64,000 bases of DNA. It comes from Spirochaetia bacterium (lineage in GTDB: Bacteria; Spirochaetota; Spirochaetia; CADAEX01). The stretch is from positions 64,001-128,000 of the forward strand of contig JAZURI010000011.1 in NCBI GenBank assembly GCA_045606105.1, given 5' to 3'. Each line of letters begins with the position of its first letter. The stretch's first letter is position 1. The notes beneath the pieces are model-generated. The model had not been told where the DNA came from and ran no database searches. It worked only from the letters and a program-made list of their open reading frames with translations. The position numbers and the translations under genes are program-made. This document shows positions 39,857 through 49,420 of this stretch, piece by piece.

Positions 39857-41091
39857 TCACACCTCAGAACCGAAGCCGGATTCTTTACATCAAGCCTTCT
39901 GACTGCTGCCAGAGCCGAAAACACCGAAGAGAGAAATGCAAAAAGAAATGCTGCCAGAACCTCTCCCGGCATGATTTTTACCGGAATCTCCATTATATAG
40001 AAATAGGAGCGGGGAAAAAGCTGGAAACCGGATGCAATGCTGCCTACAAAATCAAAGATGGCATTGACATTGGAGGCCACCAGTATACCCAGTACCACCC
40101 CCAGCACACCCCCTGCCAGTCCGGTTATTATCCCTTCCGTTACAAATATTTTTCTCACCTCTTTTTCAGAAACTCCGATGGAATAGAGAATAGCTATATC
40201 CTCCATCTTTTCAGACACCGAGCGCTTCATGAAATTGAATATATTTACACCGATAACCACAAAAATCAGGGAGATTACAAACATCATGGCAAACTTCTCC
40301 ATCCTGAGAGCTCCGAAAAATGCCTTGTTGTATTCCCGCCATGAGACTATCTTTCCGTCGGTGACCTCCCGGAGCCTTTTTTCAGCCCTCTTGTCACGGT
40401 ACTGGTTACTGAGCTTGACCCCCAGCTTTATATCCGGTGTACCGGCCTGAAGCAGAGGGGCGCTTTCCAGCGACATGATAACCAGGTTCCTGTCGTATTC
40501 GTAATAGCCGCTTTTGAAGATGCCTGTTACTTTAAAAGGTATATTCTGCGGCTTCAGCTTGTTGAAGCTCTCTCCTGCCAGGGCCATTACGGAAAATGTA
40601 TCGCCAGGCTCCAGACGAAGGTATCTGGCAAGCTCGCTTCCGAGAATAACACCTTCACCGTTCTCAAGGGAGAATTTTCCCCTGATTATGTTCAGATGCT
40701 CCATGAAAAGCCTGTCCTCAGCCGCAGCCGCAGGATCCACACAACGTACGTTTATAGGGGCCAGCCTGGAAAGGGAGCCTTCGGAAAGAACCTGAATATC
40801 GGTAAACGGAACACAGCTCCTGATACCGCGGACCTCTGAAACCTTTTCCGGAATTGAAGGATCCTTTCCGTCATAATCTATCCGCATGTGGTATGAGCCG
40901 ATTTCAAGGATGTCGGAAATATAACCGAACTGCAGTCCGTTCATTATGGAAATGACGGTAATGAGGGTCATGACTCCTACTGCCAGACCAAGTACGGAGA
41001 GTAGCTGGGTAATGTTGCGGTTTTCCCTTTCCCGGCCCATGAGATAACGGCCGGAAAGAAAGGTTATCCATCTGAAGCTGCGTTTTCCCAT
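39853..41091 (-). CDS. lolC: Lipoprotein-releasing ABC permease (LolC/E family)
   Basis: LAVGVMTLITVISIMNG and ALRMEK motifs, FtsX-like domain. Confidence 0.82.
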   Translation of the reverse strand: MGKRSFRWITFLSGRYLMGRERENRNITQLLSVLGLAVGVMTLITVISIMNGLQFGYISDILEIGSYHMRIDYDGKDPSIPEKVSEVRGIRSCVPFTDIQVLSEGSLSRLAPINVRCVDPAAAAEDRLFMEHLNIIRGKFSLENGEGVILGSELARYLRLEPGDTFSVMALAGESFNKLKPQNIPFKVTGIFKSGYYEYDRNLVIMSLESAPLLQAGTPDIKLGVKLSNQYRDKRAEKRLREVTDGKIVSWREYNKAFFGALRMEKFAMMFVISLIFVVIGVNIFNFMKRSVSEKMEDIAILYSIGVSEKEVRKIFVTEGIITGLAGGVLGVVLGILVASNVNAIFDFVGSIASGFQLFPRSYFYIMEIPVKIMPGEVLAAFLFAFLSSVFSALAAVRRLDVKNPASVLRCE

Positions 41092-42122
41092 TCTTCCTTC
41101 TTCACCCTCTCCCTGTTCAGGTAATAGTATGTGGCAATAATGCCTCCGCCGGACATGATATCTTCCACAAAATCATTATCAGTCCTATAAGTTATTATTT
41201 TATAAAGAGTTCCGTTTCTGTATCTTGTTTCGGTTTTTACATGGTCCCCTTCATAGGTATAAAGAATCTTCTCCATTCCGCCGGGAAAGGACTCCACTGA
41301 TGATATGAGATTGGAGGCCTCATCATAGCCGAAAACCCTCTTTCTTGTAAGACGGTCCCCTTCAAGTTCCTCTTCCGATTCTGTCCTTCCTGAGCTGTCG
41401 TACCTGCTTATAACCCGTGTATTCAGATCGTGGTTTACCAACTCCGATGACTCAAGACCCTTTTCGCCGTAGACAAAGGATTCTGATGTTACCTCCCGAC
41501 CTTCAAGCCATTCCGTACAGCCGGCAACCCTTCCGTCACGGTCGTATCTGACAGAGGTTCCCGTATAATCGGCATTTCCGTGCCACTCCATGATAAGCCG
41601 GCCGCCGGAGAATACATACCTTGTATCCTCCCTCCCCTCTTCCTCGCTGCCTGAAAAAACCGCACCTGAAATACGGCCGATGCTGTCACGGTTCAGGGTG
41701 GTGGAGCCTATCTTGTTTCCTTCGCCGTCAAAGCTGAGGATCTCCCCGAGAATACCCCCGTCATAGATAAAAACCTCCCGGCCGGTAAGAATGTCATCCT
41801 TGTAGAAGCTCTCCTCCAGTATGCCTGAACCGTCGTACACTGTCTCGGTTCTTGCGTTCCCTTCGGTAACAACCTCCTTAAGCATTCCGCCGTCGCTGCC
41901 GTAGAAGATTTCCCTGGTATTTATCAGTTCTCCGTTCCTGCCGTACAGTGTCCTCAGAACCCTGTTGTCCTCCCGCTCCAGCTTTATGTACCGGTCAAAT
42001 TCACCGGTCCTGTACCTGCTTATCTTTTCCAGAAGCATGCCTGAGCTGTTGGAGGCAAAATATTCCTCCCCGAAAAGAGAGACGGCAAGAAATAGGAAAA
42101 AGGCAATACTAATCTGTTTCAA
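41064..42122 (-). CDS. Exported hypothetical protein with YD/MORN-like beta-hairpin repeats
   Basis: Probable TTG start at 42122 followed by a signal peptide; recurring Y-D-x-x-G turns. Confidence 0.6.
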   Translation of the reverse strand: MKQISIAFFLFLAVSLFGEEYFASNSSGMLLEKISRYRTGEFDRYIKLEREDNRVLRTLYGRNGELINTREIFYGSDGGMLKEVVTEGNARTETVYDGSGILEESFYKDDILTGREVFIYDGGILGEILSFDGEGNKIGSTTLNRDSIGRISGAVFSGSEEEGREDTRYVFSGGRLIMEWHGNADYTGTSVRYDRDGRVAGCTEWLEGREVTSESFVYGEKGLESSELVNHDLNTRVISRYDSSGRTESEEELEGDRLTRKRVFGYDEASNLISSVESFPGGMEKILYTYEGDHVKTETRYRNGTLYKIITYRTDNDFVEDIMSGGGIIATYYYLNRERVKKEEWENAASDG

Positions 42123-42975
42123 GCAATGTTTCCAGATATTTTTTCTTGTCAAACCTTGCAAAATCGCCGTATTTTTCACCGGTTCCCACAAAGGCTACAG
42201 GAATTCCCAGCTTACCGGAAATGGAAATAAGGCTTCCCCCCTTGGCTGCGGAATCGTATTTGGCCAGGACGATACCGTCGATATTCATGGCCTCGTTGAA
42301 GATCTCCACCTGGCTTACGCCGTTCTGACCGGTGGTAGCATCGATAACGATGAATTTCTTGTAGTTCTCTGCCGGAATCTTGCTTGTGATGATCTTATCG
42401 ATCTTCTGCAGCTCCTTGATAAGGTTTGTCTTGTTGTGCATTCTTCCTGCAGTATCTGCGAGAATCACATCCTCACCCCTGGACCTCACGCTGTCGATGG
42501 CATCATAGATTACGGCACCCGGATCTGAGCCGTGCTGCTGGTTAACAACCCTGATTCCCAGTCTTTCGCCGTGGATTCCGATCTGCTCGATGGCAGCTGC
42601 ACGGAAGGTATCTCCTGCCGCAAAAACCACCTTCTTTCCCATGGTGTTCTTGATATAATTTCCCAGCTTGGCAATGGATGTGGTCTTTCCTACCCCGTTT
42701 ACTCCGAGGAACAGATAAAGGTTTATCCCCTCGTTGAGGCGGAAGTCATATTCAACCACCTTGTTGTCCAGTATCCTTTTAAGAGCCTCCTTCAGGGTCT
42801 CAAAATCATCTATCTTTTCCTTTGAAGCCACTTCCCTCAGCTCGTCCACAATGGACACAGCCATGGAAGCACCCACATCCCCCTCTATAAGAGCATCCTC
42901 AAGATCCTCAAACGCACTTTCGTCAATCCTTGTCTTCTTGAAAAGCTTCTTGAACAAATTTCCCAATGATTTCAT
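42109..42975 (-). CDS. ftsY: SRP receptor FtsY (NG domain only)
   Basis: [32 protein letters not shown] motifs. Confidence 0.96.
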   Translation of the reverse strand: MKSLGNLFKKLFKKTRIDESAFEDLEDALIEGDVGASMAVSIVDELREVASKEKIDDFETLKEALKRILDNKVVEYDFRLNEGINLYLFLGVNGVGKTTSIAKLGNYIKNTMGKKVVFAAGDTFRAAAIEQIGIHGERLGIRVVNQQHGSDPGAVIYDAIDSVRSRGEDVILADTAGRMHNKTNLIKELQKIDKIITSKIPAENYKKFIVIDATTGQNGVSQVEIFNEAMNIDGIVLAKYDSAAKGGSLISISGKLGIPVAFVGTGEKYGDFARFDKKKYLETLLETD

Positions 42976-42978
42976 ATT

Positions 42979-44406
42979 TCAACTCCTGTCGTCGTTATAG
43001 GCTTCTCCGGTCCTTATGTAATCCTTCAGATGAAACATGGCGTTTACAAAAAGGGTTACAGACAGGAACAGTGAGCCGTAATACATACCTCTGCTGTAAT
43101 TCCTGATTCTTTTATTCTTGCGCTGCTCATGGCTGCTGCCCGATGCAACGCTTCTCTTGTATAAATCATCGTAAGACTGATAATTGGCATAGGAAAAGAA
43201 AGCCACAGGTATGGAGAGAACGAAAAATGTAAGGTTCTTGTAGAAATCGTTCCTCTTCTCCAGCAGATATCCGTCCCTGTCGAAAAGCTCCTTCTGAGGA
43301 TAAAATTCCAGGCTGTTTCCCTCTGCATCCTCCAGGAAGCCCCTGGAGCTGAGATACCCCTCCTTGGATATAACTACTTCACCCTCATCCCCCTCAATTA
43401 CCATAGGGGTTTTTCCCTGCCACACGGAGCGGTAATAGATGTCGGCACCCGGCGGATCCGATGAAATGACAACATGGCGGCCCGGCTTTGGGCTCACCTC
43501 CATGTCCAGCTCCAGGACACCGCCGCTATCCAGGGTAATCTCCCTTTCGGCAATATCTGTGCCGGCTCCGAAAACCGTTACCTTGTGCACTCCCGGCTCC
43601 ACTATTATGTCGGTTGAGCTGCCTGTAGCCTTGTATTCACCGTCCACATAGATATCTGCATCGGGATCGTTCAGGTTCAGGCTGATCCTGGCCCAGTCGG
43701 TTCCCAGCATGAAACCGTTGAAGCTGTCCAGCGCCCTGGCTACGGAATCGTAGATCCTGTCCAGGCTGTCAGTAACCCGTATGGAATGGACATTCCTGTT
43801 TTCCAGCCGGCTGTAAAGGCTGATTTCTGTTGCAGCAGTATCCTCCACCACAGTTACGGTACCCCAGATTATATAATCCAGTTTCCTGGAAACTGCCTCG
43901 GTATAAAGGTCAGCCGGGCTTTTCAGCTCTGTATCCTCCTTCTCGTCCTGATTCAGGAGAACTATTTCCTTTTCCTTCTCTATGTAAATCCTTTCAGTCT
44001 TGTATCTTTCTGCTTTCTTCAGCTTCTTCTTCCCCTTCCTGATATTGTTAAGGGCACTTTTTTCGGAGCTGTTGTCCGCAGATTCGGAAAAGAGCAGTTC
44101 GTCATATTTCTTGTAATATCCCGAAAGCTCCTTCCTGCACTTTATTATATATTCTTCCTTAAGGAAATTTCTCATGCTTTCCGCTTCCTTATCGCTCATG
44201 AGGTGGGTCCTGAAGGCAGAGAAATGTCTGGCCGCAGTACTGCTCAGGGTTGTACTTACACCGGAGCTGCTGCCGGAATGGGGGCTGCTGATCAGGTCTG
44301 TAACCAGCACACGCCACTCATCCGACTTGTCCCGAAGCACATCCTCCTGACCGAAAACCCAAAGAGGCATCAGAAAAAGCAGAAAAGCAAGAAAAATCCT
44401 AGCCAT
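42979..44406 (-). CDS. PEGA-domain membrane protein
   Basis: Signal peptide; ADIYVDG and ISSDPPGADIY...GKTP PEGA motifs; two C-terminal TMs. Confidence 0.75.
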   Translation of the reverse strand: MARIFLAFLLFLMPLWVFGQEDVLRDKSDEWRVLVTDLISSPHSGSSSGVSTTLSSTAARHFSAFRTHLMSDKEAESMRNFLKEEYIIKCRKELSGYYKKYDELLFSESADNSSEKSALNNIRKGKKKLKKAERYKTERIYIEKEKEIVLLNQDEKEDTELKSPADLYTEAVSRKLDYIIWGTVTVVEDTAATEISLYSRLENRNVHSIRVTDSLDRIYDSVARALDSFNGFMLGTDWARISLNLNDPDADIYVDGEYKATGSSTDIIVEPGVHKVTVFGAGTDIAEREITLDSGGVLELDMEVSPKPGRHVVISSDPPGADIYYRSVWQGKTPMVIEGDEGEVVISKEGYLSSRGFLEDAEGNSLEFYPQKELFDRDGYLLEKRNDFYKNLTFFVLSIPVAFFSYANYQSYDDLYKRSVASGSSHEQRKNKRIRNYSRGMYYGSLFLSVTLFVNAMFHLKDYIRTGEAYNDDRS

Positions 44407-45509
44407 TATCCTTGTTCTGCCACATGTATTTGAGGTATTCCTCGATAAAGTAATCTATGTTACCGTCCATTACGCTCTGGATATTTCCGATTTCAGCCTT
44501 GGTCCTGTGATCCTTTACCATGGTGTATGGCTGGAAAACGTAGGAACGGATCTGGCTTCCGAAGTTGATGTCCTTCTTTTCCTGGGAATTCTTCTCGTTT
44601 TCCTCGTCCTGCTTGGCCTTGTAATATTCGTAGAGCCTGGAACGGAGAACCTTCATTGCCATGGCCCTGTTCTTGATCTGGCTTCTTTCGTTCTGGCACT
44701 GAACCACGATTCCTGTCTCGAAGTGGGTGATGCGGACTGCCGAGTCGGTCTTGTTTACATGCTGACCGCCGGCACCTGATGCACGGTAGGTATCCACCCT
44801 GATATCCTCAGGTCTGATATCGATATCGATATTGTCATCCACAACCGGTGAAACGTAGATTGATGAGAAGGATGTATGACGGCGGGCGTTGGAATCGAAC
44901 GGAGAAATACGTACCAGACGGTGGATTCCCGATTCACACTTGAGAAATCCGTGGGCATATTCACCGTTGACCTGCATGGTTACCGACTTGATTCCCCCTT
45001 CAGCCTCCTGAAGATCCGCAATCTCTGTCTTGAATCCCTTTCTTTCGGCCCATCTCAGGTACATCCTGTAAAGCATGCTGGCCCAGTCACAGGCCTCTGT
45101 TCCGCCGGCTCCCGCATGGATGGTCATGAATGCATCGTTGCGGTCTGTAGGCTCGCTGAAAAGCTCCAGTGTCCTGAGTCTTCCGTATTCAGCCTTCATT
45201 CTGGTAATGGCATCGGCAATATCTGCCTCAAAGGATTCGTCATTCTCTGCCACAGCCATTTCGTAAAGGTCAGTTGTGTCCTCGATCTGTGTCTTGAGCT
45301 CCTGCCAGGGATAGAGAATATCCTTCTTCTGCTTGATTTCTCCCATAACCTTTTCAGCTTTCTTTGTATCGTTCCAGAAGCCTTCGGCAGCAGTGGATGC
45401 CTCCAGTGCTTCAATCTCGGATGCTATCTTATCCGAGTCAAAGATGCCTCCAGGTTTCAAATATATCTTCTTTGAGCTGTACAAGCTCCAGCTTATAATC
45501 TTCCAGCAT
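44399..45509 (-). CDS. prfB: Peptide chain release factor 2 with programmed +1 frameshift
   Basis: ATG 45509 MLEDYKLELVQLKEDIFETWRHL, then CTT TGA C (45443-45437) with GGAGG 3 nt upstream, continuing DSDKIASE; SPF and GGQ motifs. Confidence 0.97.
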
Positions 45510-45616
45510 AGTTTCCTCCAATATAAATAATATAATAATTATGTTGTTTCCGCAATACTTTAGCCCGATGCTTGAAAAAGCAGTTTTTTTTATATATATT
45601 ATTTTCGGAGAATACT

Positions 45617-46111
45617 ATGAGTCTTAATGTTGTTACTTTAGGAAAAGAAGTCCTGCGGGAAAAAGCAAAGCCTGTGGAGACCTTCGATGCCGAGCTTGAA
45701 AATATCATAAACGAAATGTTTGTTCTCATGGATGAAAGAAGAGGAGTGGGACTGGCCGCACCTCAGGTGGGAATCAGCAGACGTTTTTTTATTACCAATG
45801 CTCCCGACGACAAGAAAAGGGTTTTCATCAACCCTGAAATCATTGCCACCTCCCAGGAAACAGTAAAGGCGGAAGAGGGCTGTCTCAGTCTGCCGGGTGT
45901 ATGGGGAAACGTGGAACGCTCCGTTGCCATAAGTATTCAGGCATACGATGTAAAGGGAAAGATCTTCAGACTGAATGCAGAGGATTGGCTGGCCAGAGTG
46001 ATCCAGCACGAATACGACCATCTGGACGGAAAGCTTTTCGTGGACAGAATGTCTGACAATGCAAGAAACAAGCTTATTTCACAGTATGAAAGGATGAACC
46101 AGAACAAATGA
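45617..46111 (+). CDS. def: Peptide deformylase
   Basis: GVGLAAPQVG, EGCLS, QHEYDHL motifs. Confidence 0.96.
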   Translation: MSLNVVTLGKEVLREKAKPVETFDAELENIINEMFVLMDERRGVGLAAPQVGISRRFFITNAPDDKKRVFINPEIIATSQETVKAEEGCLSLPGVWGNVERSVAISIQAYDVKGKIFRLNAEDWLARVIQHEYDHLDGKLFVDRMSDNARNKLISQYERMNQNK

Positions 46112-47055
46112 AGATTCTCTTTGCAGGAACACCGGCCATAGCGGTACCGGCTCTCAGGGCCCTTGCGGAAAAGGGATATGCTGCGGGAGTCCTTACCAAT
46201 CCCGACAGACCCTCAGGAAGAAAACGGATTCCTGAGCCATCACCTGTAAAGCAGTGTGCCCTGGAGTACGGAATCAAGGTATTTCAGCCGGAAAAACCTG
46301 ACGAGGAATTCATCTCCCTCCTCAAAGAGGAAAATTTTGATGTTCTCATAACCTTTGCATACGGAAAAATATTCAAGGAAAATTTCCTGGCCCTTTTCAA
46401 GGATGGGGCCTATAACATACATCCTTCACTTCTGCCCCGCTTCAGGGGTGCATCTCCCATCAACGCAGCCATTCTGGCCGGAGAAAGCGAAACCGGTATC
46501 TCCATACAGAAAATGGCCCTTAAAATGGATGCCGGAGATATAGTCATGCAGTTCAGGTTTCCTCTGAACGGCACCGAAAACAGCGAAACGCTTTCGGAAT
46601 TCGTGGCAGCAAAAAGCGGGGAAATGATATCCGAGTTTGCAGACAGGCTTACCGAAGGAAATATTACCGGAACACCTCAGGATGATTCCAAGGCCACCTA
46701 CTGCCGCATCATAGGCAAGGAGGAGGGAAAAATCGACTGGAACGAGGATGCCCGGATCATAGAACGTAAAATCAGAGGCTATTTCCCGTGGCCCGGCAGT
46801 TATACAGCTTTCGGAGACAAAACCCTTACCGTAACCGAGGGAGCAGTATACACGGGGGAGGATTTCGCCGATGCCGACAAAACTCCCGGCAAGGTACTGG
46901 GAAGCGACAGGCAGCAGGGAATAATCATTGCCGCCGGAGCAGGTAAGCTGGCGGTAACAAGGCTCAAGCCCCAGGCAAAGAATGAAATGGACTGGAAATC
47001 CTTTCTCAACGGCAACAGAAACTTCATCGGAACCCAACTGGGAGAAAATAAATGA
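46108..47055 (+). CDS. fmt: Methionyl-tRNA formyltransferase
   Basis: FAGTP, NIHPSLLPRFRGASP, MDAGD motifs. Confidence 0.95.
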   Translation: MKILFAGTPAIAVPALRALAEKGYAAGVLTNPDRPSGRKRIPEPSPVKQCALEYGIKVFQPEKPDEEFISLLKEENFDVLITFAYGKIFKENFLALFKDGAYNIHPSLLPRFRGASPINAAILAGESETGISIQKMALKMDAGDIVMQFRFPLNGTENSETLSEFVAAKSGEMISEFADRLTEGNITGTPQDDSKATYCRIIGKEEGKIDWNEDARIIERKIRGYFPWPGSYTAFGDKTLTVTEGAVYTGEDFADADKTPGKVLGSDRQQGIIIAAGAGKLAVTRLKPQAKNEMDWKSFLNGNRNFIGTQLGENK

Positions 47056-48035
47056 AAGAGACCAATCCTGAAAAAAAATATTTCAAGATAACCATAATCA
47101 CCCTTATCGGAATAATCATACTGGCTGCAGCCTCTGCCCTTACCGGCTTCTTTGTAATGATCCGCGGGGCCGAGATCACCGTAGTTCCGGATGTAAAGGG
47201 AATGCAGCTGGAGGAAGCGCTGATAGAGATCCAGGACAAGGGACTCAATTCCTTTATCCAGCTCAAATACTCACAGGAACCGGGAGACAAGGGGGCGATC
47301 CTGGACCAGAAGCCTAATCCGGGTTCCATTCTCAGGGCCGGCAGCAAGATGACCCTCAGTGTCAGCCGCGGTGCGGTTATCGACAAGGTAGGAGACTACA
47401 GAGGCTGGGATATACAGGACCTGAGATCCCATTTCATGTCCATGTTCTCCACATACGGTACCCTTATCAGCATCAAGGAGCCGATAGTAACCATCTATAA
47501 CGAAGCGCCTGAAGGGACTATCCTGGAGCAGAAGCCGCTGCCCGAAACACCCCTTACATCCTTTACCGAACTGGAGCTTATAGTCAGCCTCGGACCGGGA
47601 GATTCCATCTTCAAGGTGCCTGACTTCATTGAATTTGACTTCATGAGTGCCATGCTCTATGCGGCAGATGAAAACATTCCGTTCACCTTCAGCCACAGAG
47701 CTGCAAAAAAGGATGAGCTCAAGGGTGTGATAGTGTCACAGACCCCTACAGAGGAGTCCGAGGTCCCTAAGGGAACCATCCTTCAGTTTGTAATGACCAC
47801 TCCGGAAACAAGCGACAATATCTCCTTCGGTATTCTTGAAAGGACATTGCCTGACTATCCGGTAAGTGTTAATCTGAAATATGAAATCATAAATCCGCGG
47901 GGAGAGAGAAACGAAGTCTTCTCCATGTATCACAAGGGTGGTGTAATAGCTATTCCTTATATGGTGGAAACAGGCTCTACCCTTATTCTTTCCGCAGAAG
48001 ATAAGGAACTTGTTAATTTCCTGGTGAAAAACTAA
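47052..48035 (+). CDS. PASTA-domain membrane protein
   Basis: N-terminal TM; three VPD/Q.P.PG..L.VS.G-type repeats. Confidence 0.85.
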   Translation: MKETNPEKKYFKITIITLIGIIILAAASALTGFFVMIRGAEITVVPDVKGMQLEEALIEIQDKGLNSFIQLKYSQEPGDKGAILDQKPNPGSILRAGSKMTLSVSRGAVIDKVGDYRGWDIQDLRSHFMSMFSTYGTLISIKEPIVTIYNEAPEGTILEQKPLPETPLTSFTELELIVSLGPGDSIFKVPDFIEFDFMSAMLYAADENIPFTFSHRAAKKDELKGVIVSQTPTEESEVPKGTILQFVMTTPETSDNISFGILERTLPDYPVSVNLKYEIINPRGERNEVFSMYHKGGVIAIPYMVETGSTLILSAEDKELVNFLVKN

Positions 48036-48058
48036 TTATTTAAAAACGGAGATATAAA

Positions 48059-48889
48059 ATGAGTGAATGTAATCATGACTGCTCAAGCTGCGGCAGCAAC
48101 TGCAGTGAAAGAACAGAACCTCAGAGCTTCCTGGAGAAGCCGCATGAGCTTTCAAAAATCAAAAAAGTAATTGCAGTAGTCAGCGGAAAGGGAGGTGTAG
48201 GAAAATCCCTGGTAACCTCTATCCTTGCCGTTATGATGAACAACAAAGGATATAAGACAGCAATTCTTGATGCCGATATCACAGGTCCTTCAATTCCAAA
48301 GGCTTTCGGCGTATGCGACAGACCTAAGCAGGACGGCGACGGATTCCTCCCTGTAAAGAGCAGAACCGGCGTAAATATCATGTCACTGAACCTTCTTCTG
48401 GAAAACGAAAGCGATCCTGTAATCTGGAGAGGTCCGGTTATCGCAGGTGCGGTAAAGCAGTTCTGGACAGATGTTATCTGGGGAGATGTGGACTATATGT
48501 TCATCGACATGCCTCCCGGAACAGGCGATGTTGCCCTGACAGTATTCCAGAGCATTCCTATCGACGGTATCGTTATCGTCACATCACCTCAGGAGCTGGT
48601 TTCCATGATTGTTGAGAAGGCTGTAAACATGGCAAAGACCATGGATATTCCTATCCTCGGCATGGTGGAAAACATGAGCTATGTAAAGTGTCCTGACTGC
48701 AACAAGGAAATCAGGATTTTCGGCGAGAGTCATCTTGAAGAGACTGCAAAGAAGTACGGAATCGAGGTTACAGACAAGCTTCCTATGGCACCGGTAATTG
48801 CTACCGCATGTGACAGAGGTATGGCAGAATTCCTCGAAGGAAGATTCCTCCCTGACCACATCAAGATGCTTGAAGAGCTTATCAAATAA
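48059..48889 (+). CDS. mrp: Mrp/NBP35 Fe-S cluster carrier ATPase
   Basis: N-terminal Cys cluster, SGKGGVGKS, DMPPGTGD, ENMS..CPDC. Confidence 0.93.
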   Translation: MSECNHDCSSCGSNCSERTEPQSFLEKPHELSKIKKVIAVVSGKGGVGKSLVTSILAVMMNNKGYKTAILDADITGPSIPKAFGVCDRPKQDGDGFLPVKSRTGVNIMSLNLLLENESDPVIWRGPVIAGAVKQFWTDVIWGDVDYMFIDMPPGTGDVALTVFQSIPIDGIVIVTSPQELVSMIVEKAVNMAKTMDIPILGMVENMSYVKCPDCNKEIRIFGESHLEETAKKYGIEVTDKLPMAPVIATACDRGMAEFLEGRFLPDHIKMLEELIK

Positions 48890-49349
48890 GTTTCTTTTTT
48901 AAGGACTGCGCTACTGTTTCCAGAGCTCTCGGATCTGTTTTTCCGGCACTGAACAGAAGGCGCAGTATCTCTTTTCTAATATCCTCAGGATAAAGAGCCA
49001 GAACCTGACGGCTTTTTTCCTTTCCCGCATGCTTCAGAACCACAGCCGCAATTACGGCAGACTCCCCTTCAAGAGCTGCAAAAAGCCTGTCGGCATCGGT
49101 ATTTTCCAGAAAGTCCATTGAATTCCTTTCCTTTTCGAAAGGGGTGTTATCCAATACGTTATGCCAGGTGAATCTCCTGTTTTTTGCAGAAAAGCTTTTG
49201 AGCTCCCTTAGTACTGAGTTATCTCCCTTGGGAGCAGCAGCACTTTTCAGCTTTTCCACCTCTTCGGAATCCAGATATGAAACTATTTCCCTGCATCTCT
49301 CCTCCCCCAGAAGGAACAGCAGTCCGGCAGCCTTTTCTTTTTTATCCAT
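48882..49349 (-). CDS. Short FliG-like protein
   Basis: KAA.LL..LG.E....I...L..EEV (FliG N-domain like) and a FliG C-like ARM helix pattern. Confidence 0.6.
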   Translation of the reverse strand: MDKKEKAAGLLFLLGEERCREIVSYLDSEEVEKLKSAAAPKGDNSVLRELKSFSAKNRRFTWHNVLDNTPFEKERNSMDFLENTDADRLFAALEGESAVIAAVVLKHAGKEKSRQVLALYPEDIRKEILRLLFSAGKTDPRALETVAQSLKKKLI

Positions 49350-49360
49350 AATCAGATTAT

Positions 49361-49420
49361 ATTATACCCTTTTTTCCTCGTCCACCGTTTTTATAAAAAA
49401 GGGAATTGCCAGGAATGAAA
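49361..49420. repeat. 60-bp perfect direct repeat, copy 1 (orphan 3' end of MFS gene)
   Basis: ATTATACCCTTTTTTCCTCGTCCACCGTTTTTATAAAAAAGGGAATTGCCAGGAATGAAA, identical to 50784-50843. Confidence 0.95.

Noticed and set aside
41064-42191. YD-like repeats considered as an Rhs toxin
   Set aside because: Short, has a signal peptide, lacks the Rhs core cleavage motif and toxin/immunity pair, and sits in a housekeeping operon.
44399-45484. ORF-track start for RF2 (MYSSKK...) or a prfB pseudogene call
   Set aside because: Explained by the canonical CTT-TGA-C +1 frameshift.
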